Below, piece after piece: positions 42,339-53,592 of a stretch of DNA of 64,000 bases. The number at the start of each line of letters is the position of its first letter. The stretch's first letter is position 1. The stretch lies in NCBI GenBank assembly GCA_963845565.1, contig CAWJSJ010000002.1, forward strand, positions 192,001-256,000, read 5' to 3'. Below the pieces are notes generated by a model that saw nothing but the letters and a program-made list of their open reading frames with translations, had not been told where the DNA came from and did no database searches. The DNA is from an uncultured Methylomirabilota bacterium (lineage in GTDB: Bacteria; Methylomirabilota; Methylomirabilia; Methylomirabilales; 2-02-FULL-66-22). Position numbers and translations under genes: made by a program.

Positions 42339-44035
42339 CAAAGAGGGCGTCCTTCCTATTCCAAACCCAGACGGGTCATTATTTGCTGCTGCTCGCGGTG
42401 ACCGCCGCGCTTACGCTCCCCAGCCTGGGCACGCATAGCCTGTGGGACATCGACGAGGGGCTCAACGCGGAAGCCGCCCGGGAGATGCTGGTCCGCGGCA
42501 ACTGGATCACACCCACCTTCAATGGCGAACTGCGCGCCGCCAAACCGGCCTTGCTCTACTGGCTCCAGATGGTTTCGTACCTGGCATTCGGCGTGAACGA
42601 ATGGGCCGCCCGGCTTCCCAGCGTCCTGGCGACGTGGGCCAGCGTGCTCCTCACCTACGGATTGACCAGGCGAATGTTCGACGCTCGCACGGGGTTATTG
42701 GCCGGATTGGTGCTGATTACCTCGGTCGAGGTTTGCCTGCTCGCTCACGCCGCCACGCCCGACGCCGTGCTGCTGGCGTGCACGCTACTCACTTTCTACG
42801 CCTTTTGGCGCGGCTCGGCCGACGGGGGCCGGGCATGGTTCGTTCCGACCGGCATCGCGGCGGGTCTGGCCGCGCTCGCGAAAGGACCGGTGGGCGTCTT
42901 GTTGCCCGCCATGATCATCGGGCTCTTCTTTCTGTGGAACGGCCAGTGGCGCCGGCTGGCCGACCGCCGGCTGATTTCCGGTGGGGTGGCGTTCGCGCTG
43001 GTGGCGCTGCCATGGTATGTGGCGGTGTCGGTGACCACCCAGTCCACGTTCATCCGCGACTTCTTGGGGAAGAACAACGTTGCTCGCTTCCTGCAGCCGA
43101 TGGAGGGTCACGCCGGCCCGCCGTACTACCACGTCGTGGGCTTGCTGGTCTTCTTCGCTCCCTGGTGTGTCTTCTTGGGGCCGACGCTCTGGTATGCGTG
43201 GCGCGAGAGCCGTAGTCGGACCCTTCCCGGGTTTCGTCCGCCCCACGGCGCGCCCCCCGACCCGGCCGAATCTGCAGCCGCGCGTCGCGGGATGGAGGCT
43301 TGCCGTCTGCTGATCTGCTGGTTTGCAGCCTATTTGGTCGTATTCTCCATCGCCGCGACCAAGTTGCCGAATTACGTGCTTCCCCTCTATCCGGCGCTGG
43401 CCATTCTCACCGCCCGGACGCTGATCCAATGGGGCGACCGTCAGATCCAGCCGGCTGCCTGGGTCGCGGCGACCAGCGCCATCGGGATCGCACTGATCGG
43501 CGTCGTCACATCGGTCGGGTTGTTGGTGGCCGGCGGCACACTTCCTGTGCCGTTCGCAAGAGTCCAGCCACTGGCCGGCCTGGAACAGTGGGCGTGGCTG
43601 GGCCTGCTCCTGGTGGCCGGGGCGGGGGCAGCGTTCGCGTGTTACCGTCGTGACCAGCGCGGGGGCGCGATCGTCAGCGTGACGGCCGCGGCGGTCGCCT
43701 TCATGGGTGGAATCGCGGCGGGTCCGCCGGTGACCCTCGACGCCCACAAGGCCCCGCGGGCGTTGATCGCAGCCACCCGTCTCGAGGCGGACGCCCAAGT
43801 GGCGAGTCTCGGTTGGTTCCAACCGTCGCTGGTCTTCTACGCCCGCCGGGACGTGCTGAAGCTCCAGGATCTTGAGGGCGCGAAGGCATTCCTCGCACAG
43901 TCACGGCCGTCCTATCTGTTCGTCCCGGTAGGACTGTGGAAGCAGATCGCGCCGCAGTTCTCCACACCGCATGCGGAAGTGGCGCGGCACTACGACTTCT
44001 ATCGGCGAACCGACGTGGTGGTGGTGCGGAATTAG
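42335..44035 (+). CDS. ArnT/GT39-like polytopic glycosyltransferase
   Basis: LWDIDEG..AEAAREM, KPALLYW, LAKGPVG, ATKLPNYVLP. Confidence 0.85.
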   Translation: MTKRASFLFQTQTGHYLLLLAVTAALTLPSLGTHSLWDIDEGLNAEAAREMLVRGNWITPTFNGELRAAKPALLYWLQMVSYLAFGVNEWAARLPSVLATWASVLLTYGLTRRMFDARTGLLAGLVLITSVEVCLLAHAATPDAVLLACTLLTFYAFWRGSADGGRAWFVPTGIAAGLAALAKGPVGVLLPAMIIGLFFLWNGQWRRLADRRLISGGVAFALVALPWYVAVSVTTQSTFIRDFLGKNNVARFLQPMEGHAGPPYYHVVGLLVFFAPWCVFLGPTLWYAWRESRSRTLPGFRPPHGAPPDPAESAAARRGMEACRLLICWFAAYLVVFSIAATKLPNYVLPLYPALAILTARTLIQWGDRQIQPAAWVAATSAIGIALIGVVTSVGLLVAGGTLPVPFARVQPLAGLEQWAWLGLLLVAGAGAAFACYRRDQRGGAIVSVTAAAVAFMGGIAAGPPVTLDAHKAPRALIAATRLEADAQVASLGWFQPSLVFYARRDVLKLQDLEGAKAFLAQSRPSYLFVPVGLWKQIAPQFSTPHAEVARHYDFYRRTDVVVVRN

Positions 44036-44055
44036 ATACGGATTCCGGCGAACAT

Positions 44056-44820
44056 CTACGGCACCATCCAGCCCCACTTCGCGAAGATCTTGCCGCCCTC
44101 GGGGGATTGGACGAACTCCACGAATTTCCGTGCGGCTTCCTTCGTCTTCCCTTGCCGGGTCAGCGCAATCCCCGCGTCCCGGTAGACCTGATACTCCTCC
44201 TTGATCGGGACGAGGTCGGCCAGCTCCTTGTTGGCGACTTGCCAGATGTTCCAGATCAGCCAGGCGTCGAGATCCGTCTTCTCGATCCAGGCCTTCTTTG
44301 CCTCGGCGCTATTCGCCGCGAAGACGGCGATGTTCTTCCGGAAAGCCCGGACCGTCTGGATGTTCCCCTTCCGCCCCGCCACGTCCTCCCAGACGCCGGT
44401 CTGCCCGGCCCCCTGCACCACGAGGATCTTCGTTCCGGGCGCCAGCAGGTCTTCGAATCCCTTGAATCCTTTCGGATTGCCTGGGCGCACGAGGATCGCT
44501 ATGGGGCGGAGATACAGCGAGGCCACAGTGGCCTCGTCGATCCGTCCCTCCATCGCCTTGATGAAGTCGGTCATCATGTACTCGGCACCGCTGAAGATGA
44601 TGTCCGCATCGGCCTTGGCCTTTTCCAGCCACTGCGGAGTGGGGCCCGCCGTCACCTCCACGGTCACCCCGTTCGCTTTGCCGAACACTTCCGCCGCCTC
44701 CCGCATGGCGGGAAATGGCCCGCCCGGACCGTATGCCCGAAGGACCTCCTGCGCCTGGACCGACGGAACCGAAGTGATCAACAGACCCAGCAACAGACCG
44801 AGCATCAATACTCGCCGCAT
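44056..44820 (-). CDS. AcfC-like / ModA-related periplasmic substrate-binding protein
   Basis: Signal peptide; YGPGGP, ILVRPGNPK, GAGQTGVWED. Confidence 0.75.
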   Translation of the reverse strand: MRRVLMLGLLLGLLITSVPSVQAQEVLRAYGPGGPFPAMREAAEVFGKANGVTVEVTAGPTPQWLEKAKADADIIFSGAEYMMTDFIKAMEGRIDEATVASLYLRPIAILVRPGNPKGFKGFEDLLAPGTKILVVQGAGQTGVWEDVAGRKGNIQTVRAFRKNIAVFAANSAEAKKAWIEKTDLDAWLIWNIWQVANKELADLVPIKEEYQVYRDAGIALTRQGKTKEAARKFVEFVQSPEGGKIFAKWGWMVP

Positions 44821-44838
44821 GTTCCCCTCCTGAGTTGG

Positions 44839-44905
44839 TTTTCGTTACGGCTCCTTATGCCGTTTCGGAATGTCTCCGCTCAACTAATCCTTTGACAACG
44901 GCTTA
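44839..44905. repeat. Family A repeat, truncated copy
   Basis: TTTCGTTACGGCTCCTTATGCCGTTTCGGAATGTCTCCGCTCAACT...TTTGACAACGGCTTA; near reverse complement of part of 54588-54692. Confidence 0.9.
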
Positions 44906-45193
44906 TGCGCCGAACCCCGGATGCGCCGGGTTGCCCGATAGATAGGAGACAGATTTTCCTGAAAGGGTTCCGGGAAACGCCGCGGCGCCACGATTGGGCA
45001 GGTCAATTCCGCTGCCCAGCGGTTGCGGTGGCCAACGGGCGGAACCCTTAAGAGAAACGCCGCCAGCGGACTCTCTGCCCAGTAACGGCCGTGCGTGGCG
45101 GAAGGGGGCTGAAACATAGAGGCATCCGAAGCGACGCGATGGGAAGTGCAGCAGGAATGGCTCAACTCGCCGGGTTCCCCGCTCACTGCTCGG

Positions 45194-45763
45194 CTATGTC
45201 GTCGGACGAAAGAGTCGGATCCTGCGTCCCTGGCGGGTGAATCGAGCGCGGAGTTGCCGCGATGCCGTGCGGTAGGAGCTCCGCTCCTCCGGGTACGCAG
45301 CGAAGATCTGGCGCCAGATCGCCATGCTCTGATTCACGAACTCCTGGCGGAGATCCATCTGACGGCCGATCAGGGGACAGAGCCGTGCGGCGCCATACAT
45401 GTACGTCAATCCGATGAACCGGCCCCGGGCATCCAGATACGGCTCCAGCGGGAACATCCGGCAGGTCAGGGATCGGTAGGGCCGATCGCAGTGGCGCGGG
45501 GCTACGCAGCGGGCCAGCGCGACGTGCTCGGCCCAGGTCGCCACTGCCCGTCGCTCGGCCGGGTTCCGGGGGCGCATCCCATGCCAGCAGGTCGTCCGGG
45601 CTCTCGCCCAGGCGAGCTCGTCGCCGAACACGACCAGCGGCAGCCGTCGGGAGTCACAGCAGGCCGCGATCCCCCGCGGGCCTTGGCGGCACAGGGCGCC
45701 GCAATCCCCCTCCGTGGCACACGCGGTGAAATCCTGGTACATCCGTTCCCAATCGAACTGCAC
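45194..45763 (-). CDS. Cys-rich hypothetical protein (YkgJ/metal-cluster-like)
   Basis: DCGALC, ACC, C..HC..RSLTCRMFP, CPL pattern. Confidence 0.55.
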   Translation of the reverse strand: MQFDWERMYQDFTACATEGDCGALCRQGPRGIAACCDSRRLPLVVFGDELAWARARTTCWHGMRPRNPAERRAVATWAEHVALARCVAPRHCDRPYRSLTCRMFPLEPYLDARGRFIGLTYMYGAARLCPLIGRQMDLRQEFVNQSMAIWRQIFAAYPEERSSYRTASRQLRARFTRQGRRIRLFRPTT

Positions 45764-45914
45764 GGCAGCCCTCCACCCCAGCCGTCAGAATCGGTCCTTG
45801 GAAGGGACATCCGGGGTCGGTGACCCCGGACTTGTACGCCGCCCCCGGCCCGCTGTCAAGCGAGGACGCGTGCAAACCGTCCGCGCGCCAGTGGCGCGGT
45901 GCTTGCCCGGCGCG

Positions 45915-46847
45915 TCACGCACCGCTGGCGACCGGGACGGTCGTGGATGGCGCCCTCCAGAGCTGGGACGTCAGCATGCCGCAGAGCATGAGGACGCAGC
46001 CCGCGAATGCCCGGGGCGTCAGGGTCTCGCCCAGGATGAGCCACCCGCCGATGGCGGCGAAGACCGCCTCGAGGCTCAAGATGATGGCCGCGTGGGCCGG
46101 CTTGGCGCTCTTCTGGGCCACCACCTGGAGGGTGTAGGCCACCCCCACGGACAGGACGCCGCCGTACAGGATGGGAACGGCGGCCGACAGATATCGGCCC
46201 ACCGCATTCTGTTCGACCGCGGCGGAGACGATCAGGCTGAGGGCGGCGCAGCCCGCGTACTGCAGGAAGGCGATCTTCAGCGGGTCGTGCCTGGGCGAGA
46301 GCCAGCCGATGAGATGCACGTGGCCGGCCCAGAAGAAGGCGCCGATGAGCACCAGGAGGTCGCCCGGAGAGATCGTGAATCCATCGACGACACTCAGCAG
46401 ATACAGGCCGACGGCGGCCAGCGCGGCGCCGGTCCAGGTTCCCGCATGCGTCCTGTGGCCGAGCGCGATCCCGATGATGGGCACCAGGACCACGTAGAGC
46501 CCCGTGATAAAACCGGCATTGCCCGCGGTGGTGTAGACCAGGGCAACCTGCTGGAACGACGCCCCGGCAAAGAGAACCAGCCCGGCCAGCAGCCCCCCGC
46601 CGAGGCTGGAGGACGAAAACACTCCGGCGCGGCCCGATGGCCGTTCAACCCCACGCGCGCCGTTCCTGCAGAGGAGGGGCAGGAGCACCAGGCAGCCCAG
46701 GACGAACCGCACGCCGTTGAACCCGAAAGGGCCGACGTGCTCCATGCCGACGCGCTGCGCCACGAAGGCGAAGCCCCAGATGACGGCGGTGATAAGAAGA
46801 AGGCCATCGGCCCGCACCGTCTGATTGCCCTGATCGATCCGCGTCAT
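45915..46847 (-). CDS. DMT/EamA family transporter
   Basis: IWGFAFVAQR, AGFITGLYVV, LSLEAVFA; about 10 TM. Confidence 0.9.
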   Translation of the reverse strand: MTRIDQGNQTVRADGLLLITAVIWGFAFVAQRVGMEHVGPFGFNGVRFVLGCLVLLPLLCRNGARGVERPSGRAGVFSSSSLGGGLLAGLVLFAGASFQQVALVYTTAGNAGFITGLYVVLVPIIGIALGHRTHAGTWTGAALAAVGLYLLSVVDGFTISPGDLLVLIGAFFWAGHVHLIGWLSPRHDPLKIAFLQYAGCAALSLIVSAAVEQNAVGRYLSAAVPILYGGVLSVGVAYTLQVVAQKSAKPAHAAIILSLEAVFAAIGGWLILGETLTPRAFAGCVLMLCGMLTSQLWRAPSTTVPVASGA

Positions 46848-46877
46848 GAATCCGAAAACCCTATGGTCGGCTTGTCG

Positions 46878-48715
46878 TCACGCCGGGATGCCGGTGGCGA
46901 GTTCCAACGCGGCGAGTCGCTCGGGCGTTGGGATGCCGTCCCGAGTCCAGCCGCGCAGATCGTAATATTCATCCAGCATCCGGTCCAGCTCCTCGGGCGG
47001 GCAGTACATACCCTTGGAGGGCCCCTCCGGGATCGGCTCATACTGGACGCGCCAGGGCAGCGTGTCGTCCTTGCGTGAAATCCCTTCCCGGCAGTTGAAC
47101 GCCCGCTCCAGGTTCACGATCCGCTCGCCGATACGCGTGAGCTCGGCGAGGTCCAGCCCCCACCCGGTGGCCGCGTTCACCATCCGGACATAGTTGTCGT
47201 TGAGAAACACCCCGTAACCGCCGCGCTCGGTGGTGAAGCGGCACATGATCAGCGAGTCGCCCACCGCCGCGAAATGTTGGCTGCGAACGGCAAAGGCGGC
47301 CTTACCGTCCGGACTGCGTCGGTCGAAGTCAGGCGAATACTGGGGCACCGGACGGGTGTCGTGGTGGCTGCCGCCGCGCGTGCCGGTGGCATATCCGACG
47401 CTCATCCCCTTGAGGGCGCGCGCCGAGTGGCCGGCGATCTCCAGCCCCTTCACGGCGTAGGTGAGTTTCTGCGCCTCCGGGCCGAGTGTCGCCGCCATGC
47501 GAGCCGATCCGTCCGCCAGCACGTCCCCGAACCCCTCGCGCCGCGCAGTCATCTCGATCAGGCGATTGATCGCCCGATGATCGCCCCAGCGGAGCGGCAT
47601 GCCGACCTGATTTTCCGTCAGAAAGCCTCTTTCGACGCACTCCATGGCGAAGGCGATCGTCACGCCCATGCTGATGGTATCCAGGCCGAGCTGGTCGCAC
47701 AGCTCCTCGGCCTTGATCAGCGAAGCCGGGTCCAGGTTGCCGCACATGGGGCCCAGCGCGTAAATGCTCTCGTACTCGGGCATCTTCCACACGGTGCCGG
47801 CGTACTCCCCCGCCTTCACCTCGAACGTCTTTCCGCAGGCCACCGAACACTTGTTGCAGGTGGTGTCCTTCTGCCGGAACTCCTCGCGGTAGCGCTCGGC
47901 CCCCACCCGCTCGGCGTCCGGCGAGCACTCCATCCGATTGTTGAAGAACCCTAGGCCCCCCATGGTGTTGATGCTCTTGACCAGGTTGGGCGTCCCGTAG
48001 GTGTGCAGGTTGAACGTCCCCGTCTTGAGCGGCTCGCGCATCTCCGCGACCAGGCCCTTCAACGACTCCACGTTCGCGAATTCCGGCTTCTGCTTGCCGC
48101 GCACGACCAGCGCCTTGACGTTCTTCGACCCCAGGACGGCCGCCAGGCCCCCGCGGGCGGCGATGCCCTCGCGGTTCTTCCAGTAGTGGGCCAGGGACGA
48201 GAACCGCACGCGCTTTTCGCCCGCCGGGCCGATGCTCATGACGTCGCCGTCCTGACCCTCCAGGCCAAGGATCGTCTGGGCCGCCTCCAGCGTCCGCTTG
48301 CCCCAGAGATCCTTGGCGGATTTGAGCGTGGCGCCCTGCTCGTCCACCACCACATAGACCGGCTCGGCCGCGGCGCCGGCAAGGATGATGGCATCGAAAC
48401 CGGTATGCCGCTGGGCGCCCGGGAACCGCCCGCCGTATGTCGAATCGAAGAACAGACCGTTCAGGGGCGACTTTCCCCCCAGGCAGCCCCGGCTGTTGCC
48501 CGGGATCGGGCTATCCGTCACCGGCCCGGTACAGAAGACCACCAGATTTCGGGGATCGAAGGGATCGATACCGGCGGGAATACGGTCGTAACAGAGCTTG
48601 ACTGCGAACCCATTGCCCCCGAGATACGTCCGCGCAAAGTCCGCATCGAGTGCCTCGACCGTCTGCCGCCCGCTGCCCAGTCGACCGTCAGGACCCTGCC
48701 CCCGTACCCGTACAT
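46878..48715 (-). CDS. Aldehyde:ferredoxin oxidoreductase (W/Mo-pterin), frameshifted near the N-terminus
   Basis: MYGYGGRVLTVD, KSPL, IGPAGE, ARGGLAAVLGSKNVKA, CxxC, EYES, DQLGLDTIS, YYDLRGW. Confidence 0.88.
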
Positions 48716-48940
48716 CGTCTCAACCTCCAGCGTGTTGGCGAAGGGCGTGCGTGGTTCCGGACCCGCCCACATCATGCGCGGCGCCGCGTGCCGAGATCAT
48801 CTTACAGGAGTAGCGCGCGGTTTCGCAACGGCAGGAAGCGGCCGGAGCGTCATCGGTAAACGCTTGCGCTCACGGGGCGGCACGCGAGACGCACCCCTTC
48901 GGGCTGCGTCGGATCGGAAAGGTACAGGATCGGTGGCCGG

Positions 48941-49901
48941 TCAGTTTCGCACGACCACCTTGATGGCCGCGGGGTCCTTGTCCGCCACCTCGAACGCCTC
49001 GACGACTTTCGCTAGCGGAAACTCGTGGGTGATCAGCGAGCGCACATCCACCAGTCCCTGCACCACCGGCCGAAGGGCCCACGGCGTCCAGATGGCGCGC
49101 TCCTGCTCTGTGTGGTGCACCAGACCGGTCGTGCGGATCTGCAGGCCGTCGTCGTGCCAGCGACCGATGTTGAGCGTGACCGGCTGCGTGATCCAGCTAT
49201 AGAGGGCGAGGATCCCATTATGCTTCAGCATGGCGGTCGCCTGGTTCATGCTGGCCTCGCTGCCGGCCGCCTCCACGACGACGTCCGCGCCCCGCCCCTT
49301 GGTCAGCTCGAGGACAGCCTGGACGGGATCCTGCGCCTTGGCGTTGACGACCACATCGCTCCCCAAGCGTCTGGCGATGTCCAGCTTGTGTTCCGCCACG
49401 TCGACAGCCACGACTTTGTGGGCGCCCATGCGCTTGACCGCCTGGGCGATGATCCCTCCGGCGAATCCCATACCGTAGACGACGACCACGTCCCCGAGTT
49501 GCGCGCCGCAGGTGAGGGCCGAGTACATCGCGCAGGCGATGGGCTCTCCCAGGGACGCCAGGTCCATGTCGAGGCCGTCGGGGACGGGTTGCAGACCCGA
49601 AACCGGGACGACGTAGTAATCGGCGAAGGTGTTGCACCAGTTGAACACCATCACCTTGTCGCCCAGGCTTGTATTCCCGGACCTTGGCCCCCACCTCGAC
49701 CACCGTCCCGCCGCTCTCGTGGCCGATCCAGAGCGGCAGCGTGATCTTCTCGGGAATGTCGCCGCGGTACATGGCCTTGTCGGAGCCGCAGATGCCGGAG
49801 AGGTGCCCCTTGACCAGCACCTCTTCCGGCCCCACGGGCAACTCCCGCTCGGCAAGCACGATCTTCCCCGGGGCTTTCAACTGAGTGGCTCGCGTCTTCA
49901 T
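48941..49901 (-). CDS. Zn-dependent medium-chain dehydrogenase (frameshift near 49670)
   Basis: GICGSD, IGHESGG, GEPIAC, GMGFAG, VVEAAG. Confidence 0.85.
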
Positions 49902-49948
49902 CGGTTCTTCTCCTGCTGGCCCAGACGGCCGATCCGTAGCGGACAACC

Positions 49949-51462
49949 TCACGCGGGCTTCACCGCAGCCGGGCGCAGGCTCTTCAACCCCCATTGAATC
50001 AACGGCGTGAGATACGCGAGGATCGCCGCCGTCATGAAGAGAAGGGCGATGGGCCGCGTAAAGAAGATGGCGAGACTGCCCCCGGAGAGCATGAGGGACT
50101 GACGCAGGGAGTTCTCGGCCAACCGCCCCAGGACCAGCCCCAGGACCAGCGGGACGATGGGGTACTTGAGCTTGCTCATCATATAACCCAGCACGCCGAA
50201 TCCGAGCATCATCCAGACATCGAAGAGGTTGTTGCTCACAGTGAATGCACCCACCGATCGCGAAGACCACGATGAAGCCCATCAAGATGGTGTAGGGCAC
50301 CCGCAGGATCATGACGAAGAAGGGGATCAGAAAAATGTTCATCAGCAGCAGGATGAGGTTGCCGATGAACTTGCTGGAGATGAGGCCCCAGACGAGATCG
50401 GCGTTGTTCTGGAAGAGCAGGGGGCCGGGCGAATCCCCCACATCATGAAAGCCCGCCAGCATGACGGCCGTGGTGGGGGATCCTGGGATGCCCAGGGCCA
50501 GCAGCGGGGCAAAGCCGCTGATGGAGGCCGCGTTGTTCGCCGCCTCGGGTGCAGGCGACGCCCTCGATGACTCCGGTGCCGAACTTCTCCGGATGCTTGG
50601 ACAGACGCTTCTCGGCGAGATACGCGAGAAATGATGCGGTCGTGATGCCCCCGGCGGGGATCAAGCCGACGAAGAAACCGATGATCCCGCCGCGAACGAT
50701 GGCCCACCGCGATGCCAGCCACTCCGCTCGCGTGAGGAAGAGGTCCTTGAGTCGCATCTTCTGCTTGATGAGATTCCCCTCGTCGGGGTTCTCGATACTG
50801 TTGAAGATCTCGGTCAGGCCGAAGATACCGCAGATGATCACGATGAAGTCCACGCCGCCGAGCAGTTGGGGAACGCCGAAGGAGAACCGGGGCACCCCGG
50901 ACACCACGTCCAGCCCGATCGTCGCGATGAAGACAGCCCATCAGCGTGGCGGCGATGGACTTGATGGGCTCGTCTCCTCCGAAGACGGTGAGCAGACCGA
51001 AGGACATGAGCGCCAGGCCGAAGTATTCGGGCGGCCCGAAGCGGAGGGCGAAGTTGGCCAGCGCCGGTGCGAAGCACATCAGCAGGGCGACGGCGATCGT
51101 TCCCGCGATCCAGGACCCGATGGCCGCCGAGGAGAGCGCCGCGCCGGCCCGGCCCTTGAGGGCCATCTGGTACCCGTCCAGACAGGTCATGACCGTCGAG
51201 GACTCGCCCGGGATGTTGATGAGGACCGACGTGATCGTTCCGCCGTACGCGACCCCGTAGTAGATGCCGGCAAACATGATAATGGCCGAGGTGGGGTTCA
51301 AGTGAACGTCATGGGAAGCAGCAGGGCCACGGCGGTCGGCGCCCCGATGCCCGGCAGCACGCCGACGAGCTGTCCGATGAAAGCCCCGGCAAGGCAGTAT
51401 AGGATGTTTGTCGGGGTCAGGGAGATGGAGAATCCCATGTACAGATTCTGGAGGATATCCAT
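49949..51462 (-). CDS. tctA: Tripartite tricarboxylate transporter permease, multiply frameshifted
   Basis: VGVLPGIG, YYGVAYGGTITSVLINIPG, DGYQMA, FGPPEYF, PLVLGLVLG in successive frames. Confidence 0.85.
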
Positions 51463-51490
51463 GCGTGCAGACCCTTTCTATTCGATCAAT

Positions 51491-51934
51491 CTACCAACCC
51501 GCAATCCCCGTCGGAAGCGGGATGCTCAGCCACTGACCAAAGACAAAATGAATGCCGATGGCCGCGCCCACGAACGTGAGGGCGCACATCAGGAGGCCGT
51601 GCTTTCCGATGATCCTCATCGAGACCGCCGTGAAAGCGCCAGACCGACCGAAAGCCCAGGAGCGGCAAGAGGAGAAGGCCACCACGATCATGGCCAACAT
51701 TTGAATTCCAATACGGGTACGGGGCTTGAAAAAGGCCTCGCCCTTGTCCGGCGTCTTGAGGGCTTTCAGGATGATGGCGATGGCGCGACCAGCGAGACCC
51801 ACGCCCAACCAGAGGGGCAACAGGCCGGGGCCGGGGCCGTACTCCGACATGTATGGGAACTGCGAAGAGAAAAAGACAATCGAAAGCCCGAACAGCAGGA
51901 CAATCACCCCGCCGAGGAGATCTGCGAACCGCAT
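51491..51934 (-). CDS. tctB: Tripartite tricarboxylate transporter small subunit
   Basis: GPGPGLLP, ~4 TM, LSIPLPTG; lies between tctC and tctA. Confidence 0.8.
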   Translation of the reverse strand: MRFADLLGGVIVLLFGLSIVFFSSQFPYMSEYGPGPGLLPLWLGVGLAGRAIAIILKALKTPDKGEAFFKPRTRIGIQMLAMIVVAFSSCRSWAFGRSGAFTAVSMRIIGKHGLLMCALTFVGAAIGIHFVFGQWLSIPLPTGIAGW

Positions 51935-52049
51935 GCGCTCTTCCTCTCAATAAAAGACCCCGCGGCGAGCCACGCAGGAGGCGGTGCCAGGACCGGACTT
52001 CGCGCGGCCTGCCGCGGGGAGTGAGCCCGCTTCGTTTTCCGAATCGAGG

Positions 52050-53045
52050 TTACTTGATCAAACCCAAGTCCTTCAGGATGTCGCCGAAGAGCTTCTCGTT
52101 CTTTGCGACAAACTGGGAGAAGTCCTTGCTCCCCATCCAGGTCGGGCTGAGCATGTATTTCTTCAGGTACCCCTCCTTCCATCCGGAGGAATCGCTCATG
52201 CGCTTCATCATGGTCTCGTAGAACGCCGCGGTCTCCGCCGGGATGCCGGGCGGTGCGGCGATGCCCCGGAAAAAGTCGAAGGTGAAGTTACTACCCGACT
52301 CCATGAAGGTTGGAACGTCGGGAAGCAGGGCGAGGCGTTTGTCGTTGGCAACGGCGAGCGGGCGGACCAGCTTCGCCTCGTACTGCGGCACGAACTCACT
52401 CGGGTTGGCCCAGATCATGTCAACATGGCCGCCGAGCAAAGCGGTGATACATTCACCGCCGCTATTAAAGGGAACGTAACGCAGCTTGATGTCCGCCGCC
52501 TTTTCGAAGAGGCGATTGGTCATCTGGTCTTCCTGGCCCGTGGCCGTCCCCCCGATGGTGACGCCTCCGGGTTTCTGCTTCGCGGCCGCCACCGTATCCT
52601 GAATCGTCTTGAAGGGGGAGTCCGCCTTGACGACGATCAACTGCTCGTCCGCGGCCAGCCCGGCGATCATGGTGAGGTCCCGATAAGTAGCCGCACCCTT
52701 TCCCACCACCAACGGGCCGGCGACCTGCCCGGAGATAAAGGTCAAGAGCATGTGAGTGTTGCCGGACGCCTGGGCGACGTTCGTCGTCCCGATGGTCGCG
52801 CTGCCTCCGGGCTGATTGACGATGAGCATCTGGACCGGCGAGAGTTTCTCGGCCTTGACGATGCTGTCGATCGAGCGCGCGAACACGTCGCTTCCGCCGC
52901 CTGGCGCATAGGGAACCACGAACTGAATCGGTTTGGTCGGCTTGAACTCTCCTGCGGCCGCTACGCTCACCATCCCCACGAGCAACGCCAGCACCATGGT
53001 CATAGTTACACAGAGCAGACTTCGTCTTCCAAAACTCGCCTTCAT
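52050..53045 (-). CDS. tctC: Tripartite tricarboxylate transporter substrate-binding protein (Bug/TctC)
   Basis: PIQFVVPYAPGGGSD, NQPGGS, VPFNSGG, ALLGGHVD, PDVPTF. Confidence 0.9.
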   Translation of the reverse strand: MKASFGRRSLLCVTMTMVLALLVGMVSVAAAGEFKPTKPIQFVVPYAPGGGSDVFARSIDSIVKAEKLSPVQMLIVNQPGGSATIGTTNVAQASGNTHMLLTFISGQVAGPLVVGKGAATYRDLTMIAGLAADEQLIVVKADSPFKTIQDTVAAAKQKPGGVTIGGTATGQEDQMTNRLFEKAADIKLRYVPFNSGGECITALLGGHVDMIWANPSEFVPQYEAKLVRPLAVANDKRLALLPDVPTFMESGSNFTFDFFRGIAAPPGIPAETAAFYETMMKRMSDSSGWKEGYLKKYMLSPTWMGSKDFSQFVAKNEKLFGDILKDLGLIK

Positions 53046-53508
53046 GTGGCTTCCTCCTCAGATTTCGGTGTATCGAGCGCGGAGACCGGACGTCGTCGGA
53101 CAACGCACGCGTTTCGCCTGTCCTGCCCCGCACGCTAGCAATCGCGGCACGGCACTGTCAAGCGGGAATGGGGAAATGTTTCACATGTCTGACCGCACCT
53201 CCGACACGGCGGATTCACGCCACGCGTTTCCGGGACGCAGGCGAACGACCCGGTCACGTGTCCAGAATCTCTCTTCCAACAAGAGGGTGGCGCTCCTGAT
53301 TGTCAAGGCAGCCCGTTTTTATGCTCACGAAGACATATTTATTTAACCGCCGGACTGACCAGCGGACGGGGTCTCGGCGATAAACCGCTTGTGATCTCCG
53401 CCACCGCCCGCGTCCCAGAGAGAGCGGGGCCACGTCTTTCCGGTAGGGCCCGGAACGCGAGGGCTTTCCCATGTACTCCCCGGAAGAGAATGCTCGTATT
53501 TGTCCGTA

Positions 53509-53591
53509 TTGTATCCAACTCTCCTTGACATGGCCAGACTTGGTCAGGTATAAGCGGTTCGGCACCAATTGGTGCCACCTCTTGGATACAA
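53509..53591 (+). promoter_or_regulatory. gntR promoter with two candidate GntR operator boxes
   Basis: TTGTATCCAA (53509-53518) and its reverse complement TTGGATACAA (53582-53591) flank TTGACA-N18-TATAAG; perfect palindrome GGCACCAATTGGTGCC at 53561-53576. Confidence 0.65.
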
Positions 53592-53592
53592 A

